A stretch of 62,903 nt of DNA from Spizellomyces punctatus DAOM BR117 (lineage: Eukaryota): NCBI GenBank assembly GCA_000182565.2, contig KQ257454.1; one strand, 5' to 3'. Shown one piece after another: positions 1 to 14,000 of the stretch (the stretch's first letter is position 1; the number at the start of each line of letters is the position of its first letter). Under the pieces are notes generated by a model. It saw only the letters and a program-made list of their open reading frames with translations, was not told the DNA's origin and made no database searches. The position numbers and the translations under genes are program-made.

Positions 1-51
1 CTGTACCATGGACGTAAACGTAATAGGAACCTTAACTGCTGCACACTTTAG

Positions 52-1266
52 CTTTCCATCGAAGTGGACGGGAGGCAGGAGCCTATTATGAAGCGTACCA
101 CACTTGTTGCCAACACTTCCAACATGCCTGTGGCAGCACGTGAGGCGTCGATTTACACCGGAATCACTCTTTCAGAGTATTTCCGTGATCAGGGTAAAAA
201 CGTGGCCATGATGGCAGACTCAACATCTCGATGGGCTGAAGCGCTTCGTGAAATCTCTGGTCGTCTGGCTGAAATGCCTGCGGGTAAGGACCTAGTTGCT
301 GTTGACACGTACAACACATTGCCTAATTTACGTTCTTTGCTGTTTACTAGACAGTGGATACCCCGCCTATTTGGGTGCTAAGCTTGCCTCGTTCTACGAG
401 CGTGCCGGAAAGGTTGTGTGTCTTGGTAACCCGCAAAGGCAGGGTTCCGTCAGTATTGTGGGCGCGTATGTACTGCTTTCCAGCTGTATTTGCTGACGTG
501 AGCTTACCATTGAATAATTCCAGCGTATCTCCCCCTGGAGGAGATTTCTCAGATCCTGTCACGCTCGCCACGCTCAGCATCGTGCAAGTTTTCTGGGGTT
601 TAGATAAGAAGCTGGCTCAGCGCAAGCATTTCCCGTCTGTCAACTGGTCTGTCAGTTACTCAAAGTACATGAAGGCGTTGGACCCGTACTACGAACGCTT
701 TGACCCAGAGTTTGTGAGCATCCGAACAAAGGCAAAAGAAGTCCTCCAGTCTGAGGAGGACTTGTCAGAAATTGTGCAACTCGTCGGAAAGGTGTGATCA
801 TTGTGAATACTACATTTTTCCTGTCAATGACACGTTCTGATCGAATTGGTTTACAGAGTGCCCTCGCAGAGTCCGACAAGATCACTTTGGAGGTGGCCAA
901 GCTTTTAAAGGACGACTTCCTCCAACAAAACGGATACTCCAACTACGATCGGTACTGTCCGTTCTACAAGACGGTCGGTATCTTGCGCAATATGATGTCC
1001 TTTTACGATTTGGCACGGCATACGGTAGAGGCTTCATCGAACCAAATCACTTGGGCAAAGATCCGTGAGCAAATGGGTGACATTATTTACAAGTTGAGCT
1101 CAATGAAGTTTGAGGTACGAAATGATGTGCGTCTTTCTTGTGAATTCAATTTTACAAATGCATTCTGTATATGTAGGACCCTGTTGATGGAGAGGAGGCT
1201 ATCAAGGAGCGGTACGCAAAATTGAACAAGGAGATGGAAGAGCGCTTTAGGAGTCTGTTGGACTAG
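52..1266 (+). CDS. VMA1: V-type ATPase catalytic subunit A, 3' part (spliced; 5' end outside window)
   Basis: Exons encode [103 protein letters not shown] introns; last exon ends FRSLLD-TAG at 1266. Confidence 0.97.
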
Positions 1267-1550
1267 ACGCTTCTCATCTCTTGGTATAGGAAGGAAAATA
1301 TTAGAATTTGTAACATCCGCTTCCGAATACAAAGACCGTATTTGTTAAACAAAAATCATGTCCAATCTCAACATCTATAGCCTTTCATGATAAAAAAAAA
1401 GAAGAAAATTGCAATGCTAAAGCGTCTGAAATATGAGAATCTACCCCTTGCACCCCATTGTGCTTTGCTACCCAACGCGTCCCCCAGCTATCCACCCAGC
1501 CGTAAACTACAATGGACACCATACAATGGCTACCAGCGCCTCTTACAGCT

Positions 1551-2558
1551 TTACCAACCGCGTTTGGCAAACTTTTGTTCCTCTGGCAACAAATCGCAGT
1601 TGATACCAACCATCGCCTCCCCCAAGTCTTCCGATACAGATGCCAAAACAGCAGGGTCATTGTAGTGGGTGACAGCCTGGACAATGGCCCTGGCCCGCTT
1701 GGCAGGGTCGCCCGACTTGAAGATGCCAGAGCCCACAAACACACCGTCCATGCCCAAGTGCATCATCATGGCAGCATCGGCGGGAGTTGCAACACCACCG
1801 GCGGCAAAGTTGACGACGGGCAAACGGCCCAATCGTGCGGTTTCTTTAAGAAGGTTGTAAGGGGCCTGGATTTCCTTTGCGTAAACGTAGAGCTCCTCCT
1901 CCGCCATGGCTTGGACTTTCCGGATCTCTCCCATAAGCTGACGTGCGTGTCGTACAGCTTCAACAACGTTACCCGTTCCAGCCTCTCCTTTTGTCCGGAT
2001 CATGGCGGCACCCTCGTTGATCCTCCTCAAAGCCTCACCCAAATTCTTTGCACCGCAGACAAAAGGCACTTTGAACTTGCTCTTGTCAATGTGGTGTTGC
2101 TCGTCGGCGGGAGTCAACACCTCGGATTCATCAATGTAGTCAACGTTGAGGTGCTGGATGATCTGAGCCTCGACAAAGTGACCGATGCGAACCTTGGCCA
2201 TGACGGGGATAGTTACGGCCTCAATGATCTCCTTGATCATTTTGGGATCGGACATGCGAGCCACACCGCCGTCTTTGCGAATGTCGGCTGGTACCCGTTC
2301 GAGAGCCATGACAGCACATGCACCTGCTTCCTCGGCGATGCGAGCCTGCTCCGCGTTCACCACGTCCATAATCACACCGCCCTAGAGAGTAACAGCAGCC
2401 TTTATTGAGTGTAAAGTCTTAACCGACCAAAAGTGTTCATTGTTCACCTTCAAGTTTTGGGCGAGACCGGCCTTGACAATAAAGTCATTCTTTGCAGCAG
2501 CAGCTACTGCTGCGCCGTTGGTCTCTGGGACGAGGTTTGATGGGGTAGAAAATGTCAT
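1551..2558 (-). CDS. PDX1: Pyridoxal 5'-phosphate synthase subunit Pdx1/Snz (one intron ~2382-2447)
   Basis: [67 protein letters not shown]. Confidence 0.97.
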
Positions 2559-2894
2559 GTTTCTCGGGAAGCTGGGGATCTCTGCGTTGGGGGGCAAAAA
2601 ACCAAACCAAGGCCAAATATAAAAGGACAAGGGAATTTTTACTAATCGCCATCAAAAAATGGAATGAGTCATTCGAATCATTTTTTCCGCAACACTTGGG
2701 GATACCACGTGACTGTGCTGACGTTATCGATTTTAAAGATGTGAGATTTTATCCACCGTTATAAAGTCTTCCAAACAAAACGGGATGAACGAGACAAGAA
2801 GAAAACATGAAATGATAATCCAAAGGTTATATAAAAATATATCGTATACAATTAAGACTACTACTACAAGTACATATCTGCAAACACCTCATTT

Positions 2895-5800
2895 TTAGAT
2901 TGCCCTTTGCTTCCCTTTGGAGGAGGAACTTCCAGAGGAGCTAGACTCCAAGGCAGATTCAATACTTCCATTACGTATTCCAGAAGCAGCCGTAGGTCGT
3001 GGCGCTGTCATGTTCATCTCATATGAAGGGCCCAAGTCGGACTCTGATCGAGGGAACAGTGCGGAAGAAACGGGTCGATTCGATGGAAAGGCTGCGGGAG
3101 GACGGGGAAGGCCTCCCATTAGAAGCGGAGGGTAGTGCTGGTCTTTGCTTCCGCCTGGAGGTGGCGGCCAGTCAGCGACCCCACCCACGGTGGGAGGCAT
3201 TGAAGTGCGCTCACGTGGAGGTGGAGGTACGGAAACAGGATGGTATGGAAATTCTGCAGGGATCCCCAATTGTGACGCACGTTGGTCGTGCGGGTATGAA
3301 TAATGCGAGGGATGCGGGGCCTGTTGCGGTGTCACAAGTCTAGGGTTCTGCTGCCGATATTCTGTCTCCTTGTCATGTTCAGATGAGAGTTGATACCGCT
3401 CAAACAACAGACGATCTCTTTCCCATTCAGCCCATCTAAAAGTCAACAGGTCAACTGATCTGAATGTTCTCGAACCGCTTACTCGCAACACTCACTTTTT
3501 CATGCTAACTGCACTCGACTCAAATTGACCCTCTTTCTTCCCGTGGAAATCCCCTTTTTGCTCCCCTTCGACCTTTCGCGTCTCACCCCACGAAAAGTCA
3601 TCAAAATGCCAATAAGCATACGCTGGCAGTACAAAGTTCCAGATTGGGAGCGAAATTAAATATACAAGCATCCACATAATGTAGACGAATTTCCGCGTGG
3701 TAACAATGATGAGTAACCCTGGAAGACCCAGAATCGCCGCCAGCATTAGGAATGGGACTACTTCAGCGGATTGCGAGACGACGGCAGAAATGATAAGGTA
3801 CAGGGTCAGACAAATAGCGACAGGGAGAACCACCGTTCCAACCAGCTCGAGCTTGGGAGAGAAAAAATGTCAAGTTTCGTCTAACCAGGATAGTCAATAC
3901 TTCCATGTACTCACGAGAACAACAAATTGCATACTGAAGCAGAATGTACCGCACAAATCCCGGACCAAGACAAGCTCCAGCAGATTATGCACCGTAGAGT
4001 TGATCCATCTTCGCCGTTGAGAGAGCAAGACTCTAAATTTTTCAGGGACCATCGTCCAACATATAGCTTGCGGTACAAACACCATCTTCCTGTGAGGGAA
4101 ATTACGCAGCATCAACGTTGAGAGGAAGCGGTCTTCGCCCAGCAGCAAGAGATTCTTCTTGTGTAATGTGTCAACAACGTTTTCCGAGTATTCCTCCACA
4201 ATACCCGGGTTTGTTATGATCGGAACGGTTGCTCCCATATCACCCTTTGGGGCTTTGATGCGGTACATGCAAAAGCACCCCGGAAGACAGGTCACACCTC
4301 CAAAGACAGATTCGAAAGCTTTACCGAGATGGTGAGAAATGTAGTATTCAAACACTTGAATGGCAGATGTGAAACTTGCAGTCTTGTTGGCGATGCGAGT
4401 TTCTCCGCAGAGACCCATGATACTGACGTCGTTCTTCATTGCACTGACCATGTGCCCCAACGAATCCGGAGCCACTTTTGTGTCAGCGTCCTGAGGATCC
4501 GCAATCAGCATATCATTCGCCCAAGGTTAAAGGTGACACGCTATGGCAACATACCACCATCAGTATCGCTTCGTACATATCCGCTGTGGTTGCAATTTGC
4601 TGAATCCGGTAAAACAGTTCATAGTCCAAAGCAGTCATGCGATCATTGAACAAAGTACGACTCAGAAAATTCATAATGATCAGCTGTGAATCGCGCTTGC
4701 CCCGATTGCCCGGCTTTGGCTGCGTGGCTTCAGTAGGTGTCCCGCATTTAACAACCGCGATCATTGGAACTCGATGATTTCCGAGTACGTAGTGTCCAGC
4801 ATACTAGACAGTGAAGCAGGAATCAGTAACAAGCCGGTCGCTCAGAGCCATATCTTAGGACTTTTCGTCGTGCACGTACCACTTTGGCCATGTTATGTTG
4901 CTTGGTACCATCCGCAATGGCGATATAACTCTTTGGTTCTGGCGCAGGTAATCGTGAGTCTTGCTCCATCATCCCAATAATTATGTCAGGAGTGGACCGG
5001 TCATTGCCCGAACCCGTAATTAACCCATCAGCCACGACGAAAAGAAGCTTCTTGTCATCCGGGAAATCCGTATTGGCAAGCGAGTCAAGTGTTCCGCGAA
5101 TCCCCTCTTCCCCTTCTGAGTAGCATGTCACAAGCAGGATAGTGTACAGGTCTGCGTCGCCATTGGGAGAGTAACTCGAGTCGCCGTAGGAACCAGAGTA
5201 TGACCCCGAATATGGTGCGCGGCCATTCGAGCCTACTGGCACCGGCATATTCGTATGCCTTGGTTTCTTTGTCAAGTTCGGCGAGCCGAACCAGTGGAAC
5301 CAGATAGCCATTAAAAACCGGCTTATCACAACGCCCAAAATTATGATCAAGGACACTGTCTGGATCACCATTGAAGAGATGCAGCCTGTCGTCTCCTCAC
5401 CAACGAAGCCAACGCGATACGTCCTCTGTAGGCATTCTATTCCATGGCGTGCGTCCGCGGTTCTGACATAGCTGTAAGTGCCATCCTTTCCCAAATTGTC
5501 GAAAAACAATGGCGTAAGCCGATTACTCGCTTGCTGCGGTCCAGTCAGGTAGTCGGTCAGATTTATCAACGCTATGATGATGTGGTAGTTAAGAATAGAA
5601 CACCTTGCACCACAGCAATACTATAATGCCTTACCTCCATTATAGACAGTCAAAGCGTGTGGAGGCTTAGTTTTGCCATCCACGTTGTTCCATTCCGTGA
5701 AGCGCTGCACCTTTTTCACATTCTGAACCCACCGAATGTCGGCACAGTTCCCAGTGGGACTGATGAGAACAGAGTTTGGAAACGTGCAAGTAATTTTGCT

Positions 5801-6739
5801 CGTATAATATGCCCCACACGACCCATCTGCATTCGCCGCAAAAAGGCGGGAGATGTCAACGCCGGACCAGACTGTGTCCAAAACAAACCCTCTTGCTTGC
5901 AAAGCCGCTTGGACTCCCTGAAAATTGTATTCGTAGCCAGAAATGATAACTGTATTGCTCGAGCCTGGATTAAAAGCCTTGGTGTCCTTGTTGAACATGG
6001 CAACCCGGCCTTCGTTGGTGGAGCTCGGACAGAGCACCCTTTGTAATCCAACGGTCAAGAATGCAACCATGCCACATATGACGGCAATGATCATACAGAG
6101 GGCAACCTGCAATGTGATGATATAGTTATGAGTGTTTGAACGAGATCCATTGTGAGGCAATAAGGCACACGTCACCTTTTCGCGCCAGGCCTGTTGTACA
6201 GCTCTTTCCGTTTTCCCGCAAGCCCTTAGACAAGGTGGCAGGAAACAGCATGTCACAATCCTCGCAAACCAAGGCCATATTTCGGATGAATTATTATCGG
6301 CATAATCATGCACAACTTTGTGAGCACCTTCTGGCATTTGTGACAACGGATTTCTGTGCCGGGTTGCTCCAGCGCGGGCAGCAGGAGGACCTGCGCTCGG
6401 AGAGCGCAATATTGCACGTCGAGTACTCCGCTGACGCTCTGGTCTGGACAGGGTGTGTGCCCTCCGCGCCGATTGCATCGACTTGCGCATAGCTTCTACA
6501 GAATCCGCATCGGCCGCGTAGCGGGCAGGGAAGATGTCAGTATAATTTGGAATGGAGTACGTCGCCGGTGGCATTGGTAACCCCGACGGCCGTTGCGGTA
6601 GTGCCTTTTCGCGGAAGTTTCTACTTGGTGGACTGGGGGCCGGAGTGTACCCAGGGAGGGACGAGTGCCCTGTCGCATTCGAGTCTACCGGAAGTTCCTC
6701 CAGGTCCATCCCTCCGTGAGGGTTGACGTATGAATGCAT
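2895..6739 (-). CDS. Chitin synthase, class IV-like (multi-exon)
   Basis: QAWREKV N-terminal motif, [75 protein letters not shown]. Confidence 0.95.
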
Positions 6740-7182
6740 GATTTAGGTCTGCACTTTATAGTCAGCATATGCAACCGTTATAATCTTGTTTCTCACACAT
6801 ACAACTTACACTAATCTTGAAACCTTTCTCCACAGCTTTAAAAACGCTACAAAAACTAGCTCAGCAGATGCCCTATGCTCCTTGTCACCATTCCCCAGCG
6901 GGGAGGAACTCGGCCAACGCTCAAAAGAAAAAAAAATCCGCCTGCGTTGGGGGGGCGGGTAGGCTGGGCGAAGGGCGAAAAACAGATGACCTGTGCTTTG
7001 CTGCTAAAGGGGCAAGAGGCCTTACTCGCCTTGAACACTTTGGACGTCATTTCGTATCGCCGTTTTAGGTAAATGAAAAATGGCACAGTCATGTAATGGC
7101 GGTGCATTTCATCTTATACGCACGTGACAAGGATGTTGGTTTCCGTCGATTTCGTCGTCGATTTTGTTTTGGGTTTTCAACA

Positions 7183-8036
7183 ATGTCCGCTGCAAGTAGG
7201 CTCACGGGATGGTTCAGGGTAAGCAGGCTGCACACCTTTTATGCACAATGTAAAATACTAAAGAGCGTTTTCTGGCCATAGAAAGCACCCACGGTGTTGC
7301 GAGCGGGGCACCCGTCCCTGCGTGTAAAAGCAGAACCAATTAAAGTCGAAGACATTCCTACTCAAAAAATCCAGCGAGTCATCCGTGAAATGAAGGGCGT
7401 CTTTTCCTCCCCATATACTCCTGTGGTCGGTCTGGCTGCACCGCAAATTGGGCATCCTATCCGGCTGATTGCTTACCGGCTCGAGGACAAAAAGTTGTTG
7501 GAAGAAAGACGCATCGATCCAGTCCCGTTGACCTTCCTAATCAACCCTGTATGATTTATATTTTATTCTCTGATAGCCTGTCTTGGTGAGCCAAAACTGA
7601 GACTTGGGTAAACTTTAGACCCTTTTAATAACAGACAAGGACCCGGAAACCAAATGGTCAGCAGAATACGAGAGTTGTGAAAGCGTGCCCAATTACAATG
7701 CACTGGTAAAGCGAGCGGGGCATGTAAAAGTGGAAGCTTTGGATTTGAAGGGCAACAAGGTGTGAATCAGATCCTTTACGTTTCGCAGCTGGTGCCTGTT
7801 TGAATGACCTTGCTATTCTTCAGGTGTCATTCAGCACGGGGGGATTTTTGGCGAGATTACTTCAGCATGAGATGGATCATCTTGATGGTGTATTGTTCAC
7901 GGATCGCATGGACTGCAAGAGCTTCCGACATGATAAGGTGCGGTTATGTTATGTACGATCTCTGCATATTTCCATCGTTGACTGGTAAACCCCTTTACAG
8001 TACATTGACAAGTATGAGCTGTATACAGGCCGATGA
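7183..8036 (+). CDS. PDF: Peptide deformylase, mitochondrial type (multi-exon)
   Basis: Three PDF motifs on separate exons: VGLAAPQIG, EYESCESVP, ARLLQHEMDHLDGVLFTDRM; ATG 7183, TGA 8034-8036. Confidence 0.9.
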
Positions 8037-8211
8037 GCGGCAATGGCATCAGCATTGTAATTTATCTTTACTAAACCACACAATATACACATGCAAGAAC
8101 AACCTCGGCACTGAACAGCATATCGAGCCTGCTTTGTTTATGCTTAGATACTGGACGCCGTGCTACGTTGCACCGTGTATGCGATACATGCCTCATCTAA
8201 ATGACGCTTCC

Positions 8212-9406
8212 CTAGCCGATGACTATCTTGCCGTCGACTTCATTGAAGTCATATGGAGGAATTTCCATATTCAATGGGGCGGGTCCTCTGAAATTGAAAG
8301 GTCAACCGCATAGCCAGTAATGACGTGTCCCTACATATTCACAGCTCACTTTCGGATACGTCCACTGATATCATAATGAGAACCATGACATGGGCAAAAC
8401 CATCCTCCATAGTCCCCAGCTATTTATGGAACAGATGAGGTCAGAGATCCCTGATGTAACATCTCACGACCGGGTGCGCACACCTTCCCCAATGGGTACA
8501 CACCCCAGGTGTGTGCAGACTCCCAGCATCACTAGCCATTCGGGCTTTTTAACGCGGTCTTCATCTTTTTCAGGATCTCGGAGCTCGCTCAGGGGAACCG
8601 AGCGAGCTTCAGCGATCTCTGTTACCATCAGGTAATGTCAAGTCAGGATACACGACAAACTCAATCAGTGGAACTCCTCACCGTCTGCTGTGCGGTGCCG
8701 AATAAAAACTGGTTTTCCGCGCCACTGAACCAAAGTATCGTACCAATTGTCGATACAGTCGAATCATCTGCATGACATGCCTTTGTTTACCTTTACAACC
8801 ACGTTCTTTGCCTTGGACGAAAATATCACTGGGGGTGGCTCCGTCAAATCAGTTAAGATGTACTTACCTCAGGCACAGATCCCATATCTAGCTCCACCTT
8901 GGCCAAGGCAAGCACGTCCGCGGACGCAGCCAAATTTTCCATGTAATCGGTGACAATATTTTTGGCAGCAACGGCACCAAGGACGCTAAAACTTGCAACA
9001 AGAAGGTACCTCGTATTTCGTGCCGCAATTTCATCGTAATAGTATTTTGGTTCGATGTATTTGGCCTGGTCTTGCGGTGGACGGATAACATCATCATCTG
9101 GTGCAGCCTTTGTTACGGGTGAGCTGAATGCACGCTTCTGATATGAAAACAGGAGTGGAGCTGATGTAGAGTAAATGATTGACGTATTATACTCAATTGA
9201 ATGGACAGCGGTCTACCAGTAAAGTTTGTCTTGGACACCAGCTCAGGAACTTGATAGTATTTTACCGCAATATCGGAAACACATGGCAGATGGGCCTTCT
9301 TTGATGTCGCAAAAGAGGTTGGGATCAACTTCAAGACCACACTGGGTACCCGCTGTGTCCAATGTGTGCGTGAATGCATCACGGAAGGAAATAGCGGCCT
9401 GTACAT
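8212..9406 (-). CDS. RIP1: Cytochrome bc1 Rieske iron-sulfur protein (many short exons; start uncertain; missed by the ORF track)
   Basis: Manual minus-strand translation: [103 protein letters not shown]. Confidence 0.92.
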
Positions 9407-9721
9407 GGCTCCGTTCGCCCCGATCCTTTGATAAAACGAGGTCGAGAGTGTTGAGGACGAGGCAATTCCGATCACGTCCCGTAATGCAGATCATGCTGCT
9501 GTGCCACGCTTGGTCATCATGGCAACAACGCTCGAGCAAGCCCCGGTCCCAGCATCCCCCACCCGCGCGGACGCTTTTCCTTGTAGATTTCTTTGCCATT
9601 TCCTTCCGACAAAACACCTCTCTGACTAGGGCATTTACTCAACCTGTTGCGAGCGTCATATTTGACGCTTAGATCTTTTCCGTTTCTGCTACATTATCAA
9701 TTTTCAACTGTTCCGCACGCG

Positions 9722-10708
9722 ATGGACGCTCACCACCAGCCTCGCGGCATCCTCAAGAAACCAGTAGACCCAACGACTCCATCGCGAGGGTATGCACCTA
9801 TAATTGAGCCGTATGCAATAAGAACCTCTGTAATGTCAAAGAGGAAAACATGAATGAGAGATTGGGAAACGCTCAACCCGCGCCTTCCCTCCCTGTATTT
9901 GCATGACTTGATAGGATACGGTGGGACGAAGACAATATCATGCTCACGGAGTCCCAAAAAGGAAATACGATGAAGATTACAGAACCCAAGACTCCCTATA
10001 TCCGATACGATTCAGAGAATGACATGATACTAGGGAGCACAGGTGCTTTCTCTTCGATGAACCTGTTCAGACTTATTGCCAGTTTATGACCAGACGTACA
10101 TGATCACATTAGGAAACGTTCCACCGATGGAACTTTCCGATGCCATTTACTCTGCCCAACGATCTCCCGGGTCGACTGCGTCGCTGTCTGATACAGAATC
10201 TAGCGGATCGGGTCGACGGCATGTCTCTGTTGATGATTGGGACGATTCGGGAGATGAGAAGGGAGAGATGGATCCTGAAGGTTGGTTAACTATAGCTGTT
10301 TTGCTTTTCTCCTGCGTTATGGGTAAAATTAAATACCTCGTTGTCATACCTACAGAAGCAGAGCGACACAGAAAGTTTGAAGCCCTTCGTTCTCAACACT
10401 ACAACATGAAAGAGGCACTCCGCAAGGGCCGAGAACTCGCCGCAAAGACTACCGAAGGGAACAAAGACACTGCAAATATCGGAAATGGCGTGGGACAGGA
10501 GGACGATGAGGCACCAGAGTATGACAGCCATTCGGATCTGGATGATGGGACGTCATTACCTGGGCTTGAAAATGAGGTGCATGAGCCGACGAGCGGGTTG
10601 GCCAATTTGCGGCTATCTGGGATGCCGGCGGGGCGTGTTGGGCTGGGGTCTTTGGCTGCTTTCAAAAAGCAACGAGAAGCGAATGGGGATGGGATGGACA
10701 TGCCATAG
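9722..10708 (+). CDS. Protein phosphatase 1 inhibitor-2 (Glc8/IPP-2 family)
   Basis: [24 protein letters not shown] and [12 protein letters not shown] motifs across exons. Confidence 0.85.
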
Positions 10709-11001
10709 AAACGGCCTCCGGGCTACGCTGGCAAGGATATTATCATAGCGGATCTACTGGTTTGGGTATTCGCAGCTGGCTGGTATTTTCCTTATCTGCA
10801 TTCCGTATCGCATATACACAGCAATTTCATTGTCCATATACCAATGGAGCGAGTGTGTGATTCTTTCATGCGCGTGCACAATATATTTACAATTCCAATT
10901 GTATAAAATATGTCAAAATAATAGAAGTCTACCAAATATCCGCCCAAAGGGAAAAGAAAAGAAGAAAAATGCAACAGTGAACTCCCCACCCCTCTTCGCA
11001 A

Positions 11002-14000
11002 TCAACTCGGACTCTGCAGCCCTCCCGTAGCAGACGCGAGGGCCTTGACCGTGCCCTGTTTTACGATGTCTAGTGTGGCCTGCCCAGCGTCTTCGACAGC
11101 CGCGGCCGCGGGAGGACTGATAACCGCCACAATAGTCTTCGCGCCGCTTAAAGCGCGCCGTCCGACCTTCCAAAGTTGGAACCAGGACCAAATTGTAAAG
11201 CCGAGGACTACGATGTGCAAATCACGATATCAGAAACATAGCCCCAACCAGTATCGTCAGCAGAACCATAAGTACTTACATGCCAGTAGGTAAGCAATGA
11301 GTTGATAGTACAACTCTTGAAAGAATCCAAGTGCGCGCGGGCGGCCTTCAGCCTGCTGTAACGCCTCTTCAACGATCTTGAGTTGCCGAGATAATTCCTC
11401 ATTGACCTGCTGATTGACAGCGTCCAATCCACACATCATCGCGCTCACATGTTCGTGAGACCTAGGTAATAAAAAACATGCATCGATATTGGGAACAACG
11501 AACCAGAACGATGCGGACCACTTACTGATTATCACGAGTAGTCAGTGCCAGACATAGATCTTCCAGGGTCGTCAATGAATCTGTGACTTTCTCCATTGCC
11601 TGGCGAATCTTCTCTTCAGTGAGCTTCACCCCAGTGACCTCGACGGTCTGTATAAGTGGTAACGAGGAAGGGGTTTGGCCCTCTTCATCCGCTCCCGTTT
11701 GAACAGTGGACGCGTTTTTATCTTTTTCATTTTCCAGGGCATCAGAAACGTTTTGCGCTGGCTCCGGCAGAGCAAGGCGTAACATGAGGGTCTTATGCTG
11801 GTCGATTTGATGCTACTCGAAGAATACGTATAAGAGAGCGTACCGAAAAAGAGAGAGTCCATGGCACGCGCCAGATGCAATTACCTCAATATCAACCTTG
11901 TACCTCTCCACCGAAGGCATCATCTTGTCCAATCTGCCGCCAAGCATTAATAGGCGATCGTGCAAGTCATGCTCTTCAGCAGTCAGGGGCGAGTCGATAT
12001 CCCGGCGCGGATATGTTTGGTCTCCACGATCAAAGGTTGAAATTGCTTCTCCACGTTGTGATGGGGATCTCCCCTTGCTCGAGGATAGCGATTTAGACCC
12101 GGACACCGGACCGACTTCGTCATCCTCCTCACCGGAGGTAGCGGAGGTCACGATCCATCCTGCTAGACGTTTGATCGTGCCTCCCTCTTCCACGACATCC
12201 ACCCGGGCAGAACCATCCATGCCATCTATTCCATCTTGATCAGCCACGCTGGATGTAGCGGAGGTCGATGATTCGTATCCCAGGCGACTTCCGATGAAAG
12301 TACGCTAATGGGTGCATTGCATGTTAGCATCAAAAAGAGAGACTGAGCGGGGTTTGATGGATTGCCTTTCTCACCATTAGCTTCTTCCGGCGGCGTGGCT
12401 TCTTGGTTGCCTCTTGCGAGTCTCCCAACTGGATCCTCGATCCAGTCTTGCTCGCTATATCTCCAGCACTCGCCTTCTTTCCCTTCATCTTCCGTCGACT
12501 CCACCATTGATCCCTACTTCGGCCTCGCGTCGCACTTACGGCATTTTCGCTAGAATCTTCGCTACTACTATCATCCCACACCCATCTCTTGCTTTGATCT
12601 CTTGTAAGTTTCGCTTTAAAATATCTAGCTTTCTTTCGCACTGCATCCCCGTCATCCCAACCAGCAGCCGCCATCCCGGTATCTCCATCTGACTGAACAT
12701 TTTCGTCGCCCTGAGCAGCGATATCTTTGCGTTGTCGGAGGCCAATCGTCTTCATCATGCCTTTAATGCCACGTACACGTCCACGGGGGTCACCGTCATC
12801 CGTATCCGATGCCATACTGTCATCCAGTACAGACTCGCGGTTTTGTGATGGGCAAGCCTGTGCTGCCTCCTGGTGCCCATAGCCATGATCTTCTGGGTGC
12901 GAACCTGGTTCACTAATAGGATGTTCAGGCATATCCACATTATTGGCGACTTGAATTTGGCCAATGCCCCGGTCCACATCTTGACGGTGGGAAACACGTA
13001 AGCCTGGTTGAGACTAAAGTCATTATTGCAGAAACGTAGAGACTTCTCCTCTTGTCCTCATTACCTTCATCATCTCCATCTCCGGGAAAAGGTGAGCGCC
13101 TGCGTGCACCGCTCCTTCCACCTTTGACCAGCACCGGCTCTGATTCTGCATGCGCCATCCGAGGAAACTTTTTGAAAGGACTGGGAGTCCTCGGCTTTCT
13201 CAAAATATCCATTCCATCTCTCGTAGATGACAACGTGCTCGACTTGGTGATCGATCGTTGTGACTCGGCGCTGACGCGGGGAATGTTTGCCGGTGTCACG
13301 AAGGGTGATTTTCCTTTCTTGTGACCCAAATGGTCCATCGAAACGGCAGACAAAAAGCTTTTTTTCCGGCCAGGAACTTGGGATATATTGCCATTTTCTC
13401 CACTAACGACCGATGTGCTCGAGTCTTCAGGTGCACGCTTCTCAAGGATCCGACCCCAGAACCCGGATTTTTTCCTTTTAGCTTGCCCATCAGGAACAGG
13501 GACAATCTCCTCTGCATCTTCTGACTGGTCCAAATCCATCATTTGAGGTGATCCTGAAGATATGTTTGTCTCCATCGACACTTTCGGAACACCTTGTGAC
13601 AGTGCCGGCGCCGTAACACTTGTCTGTTGAAGTTCCTCAAATGGATTTTCAGAGATTTCAGATGGGGAAACCGCCTGCTGAGCCTGCGAAGCGCTCGGTC
13701 CTGATGCGTATACCAGTTTGCCGTCGTCGCTCAGCTCTTGAGCACTTTCCAGACGGCTGAAGGCCCCCGGTTCCAGTCCGGCTGATCCTCCCGCAAGAAA
13801 TTGCGTCAGGAAAGACGGCGAGACAATAATAGTTCCATCCACGTCGAACATGGGCCTCGGTACTTCTCTCGTGGCATCGTCGGCGGCTTCGACGCTCAAT
13901 GCTTGCCCTTGATTTGACTCTTCGGGTGCGGTTCCGTCGGGCGGTGATACGAGCGAACGACTAATAGCCTTACTTCGCCGCGAAAATCGACGATCCGATA

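Noticed and set aside
52-1266. VMA1 intein
   Set aside because: The known insertion site lies upstream of the part visible here; the visible exons are collinear with the normal protein.
1512-2408. 298-aa plus-strand ORF
   Set aside because: Antisense shadow of the conserved PDX1 gene with no recognisable motifs; the same applies to many other overlapping ORFs in the track.
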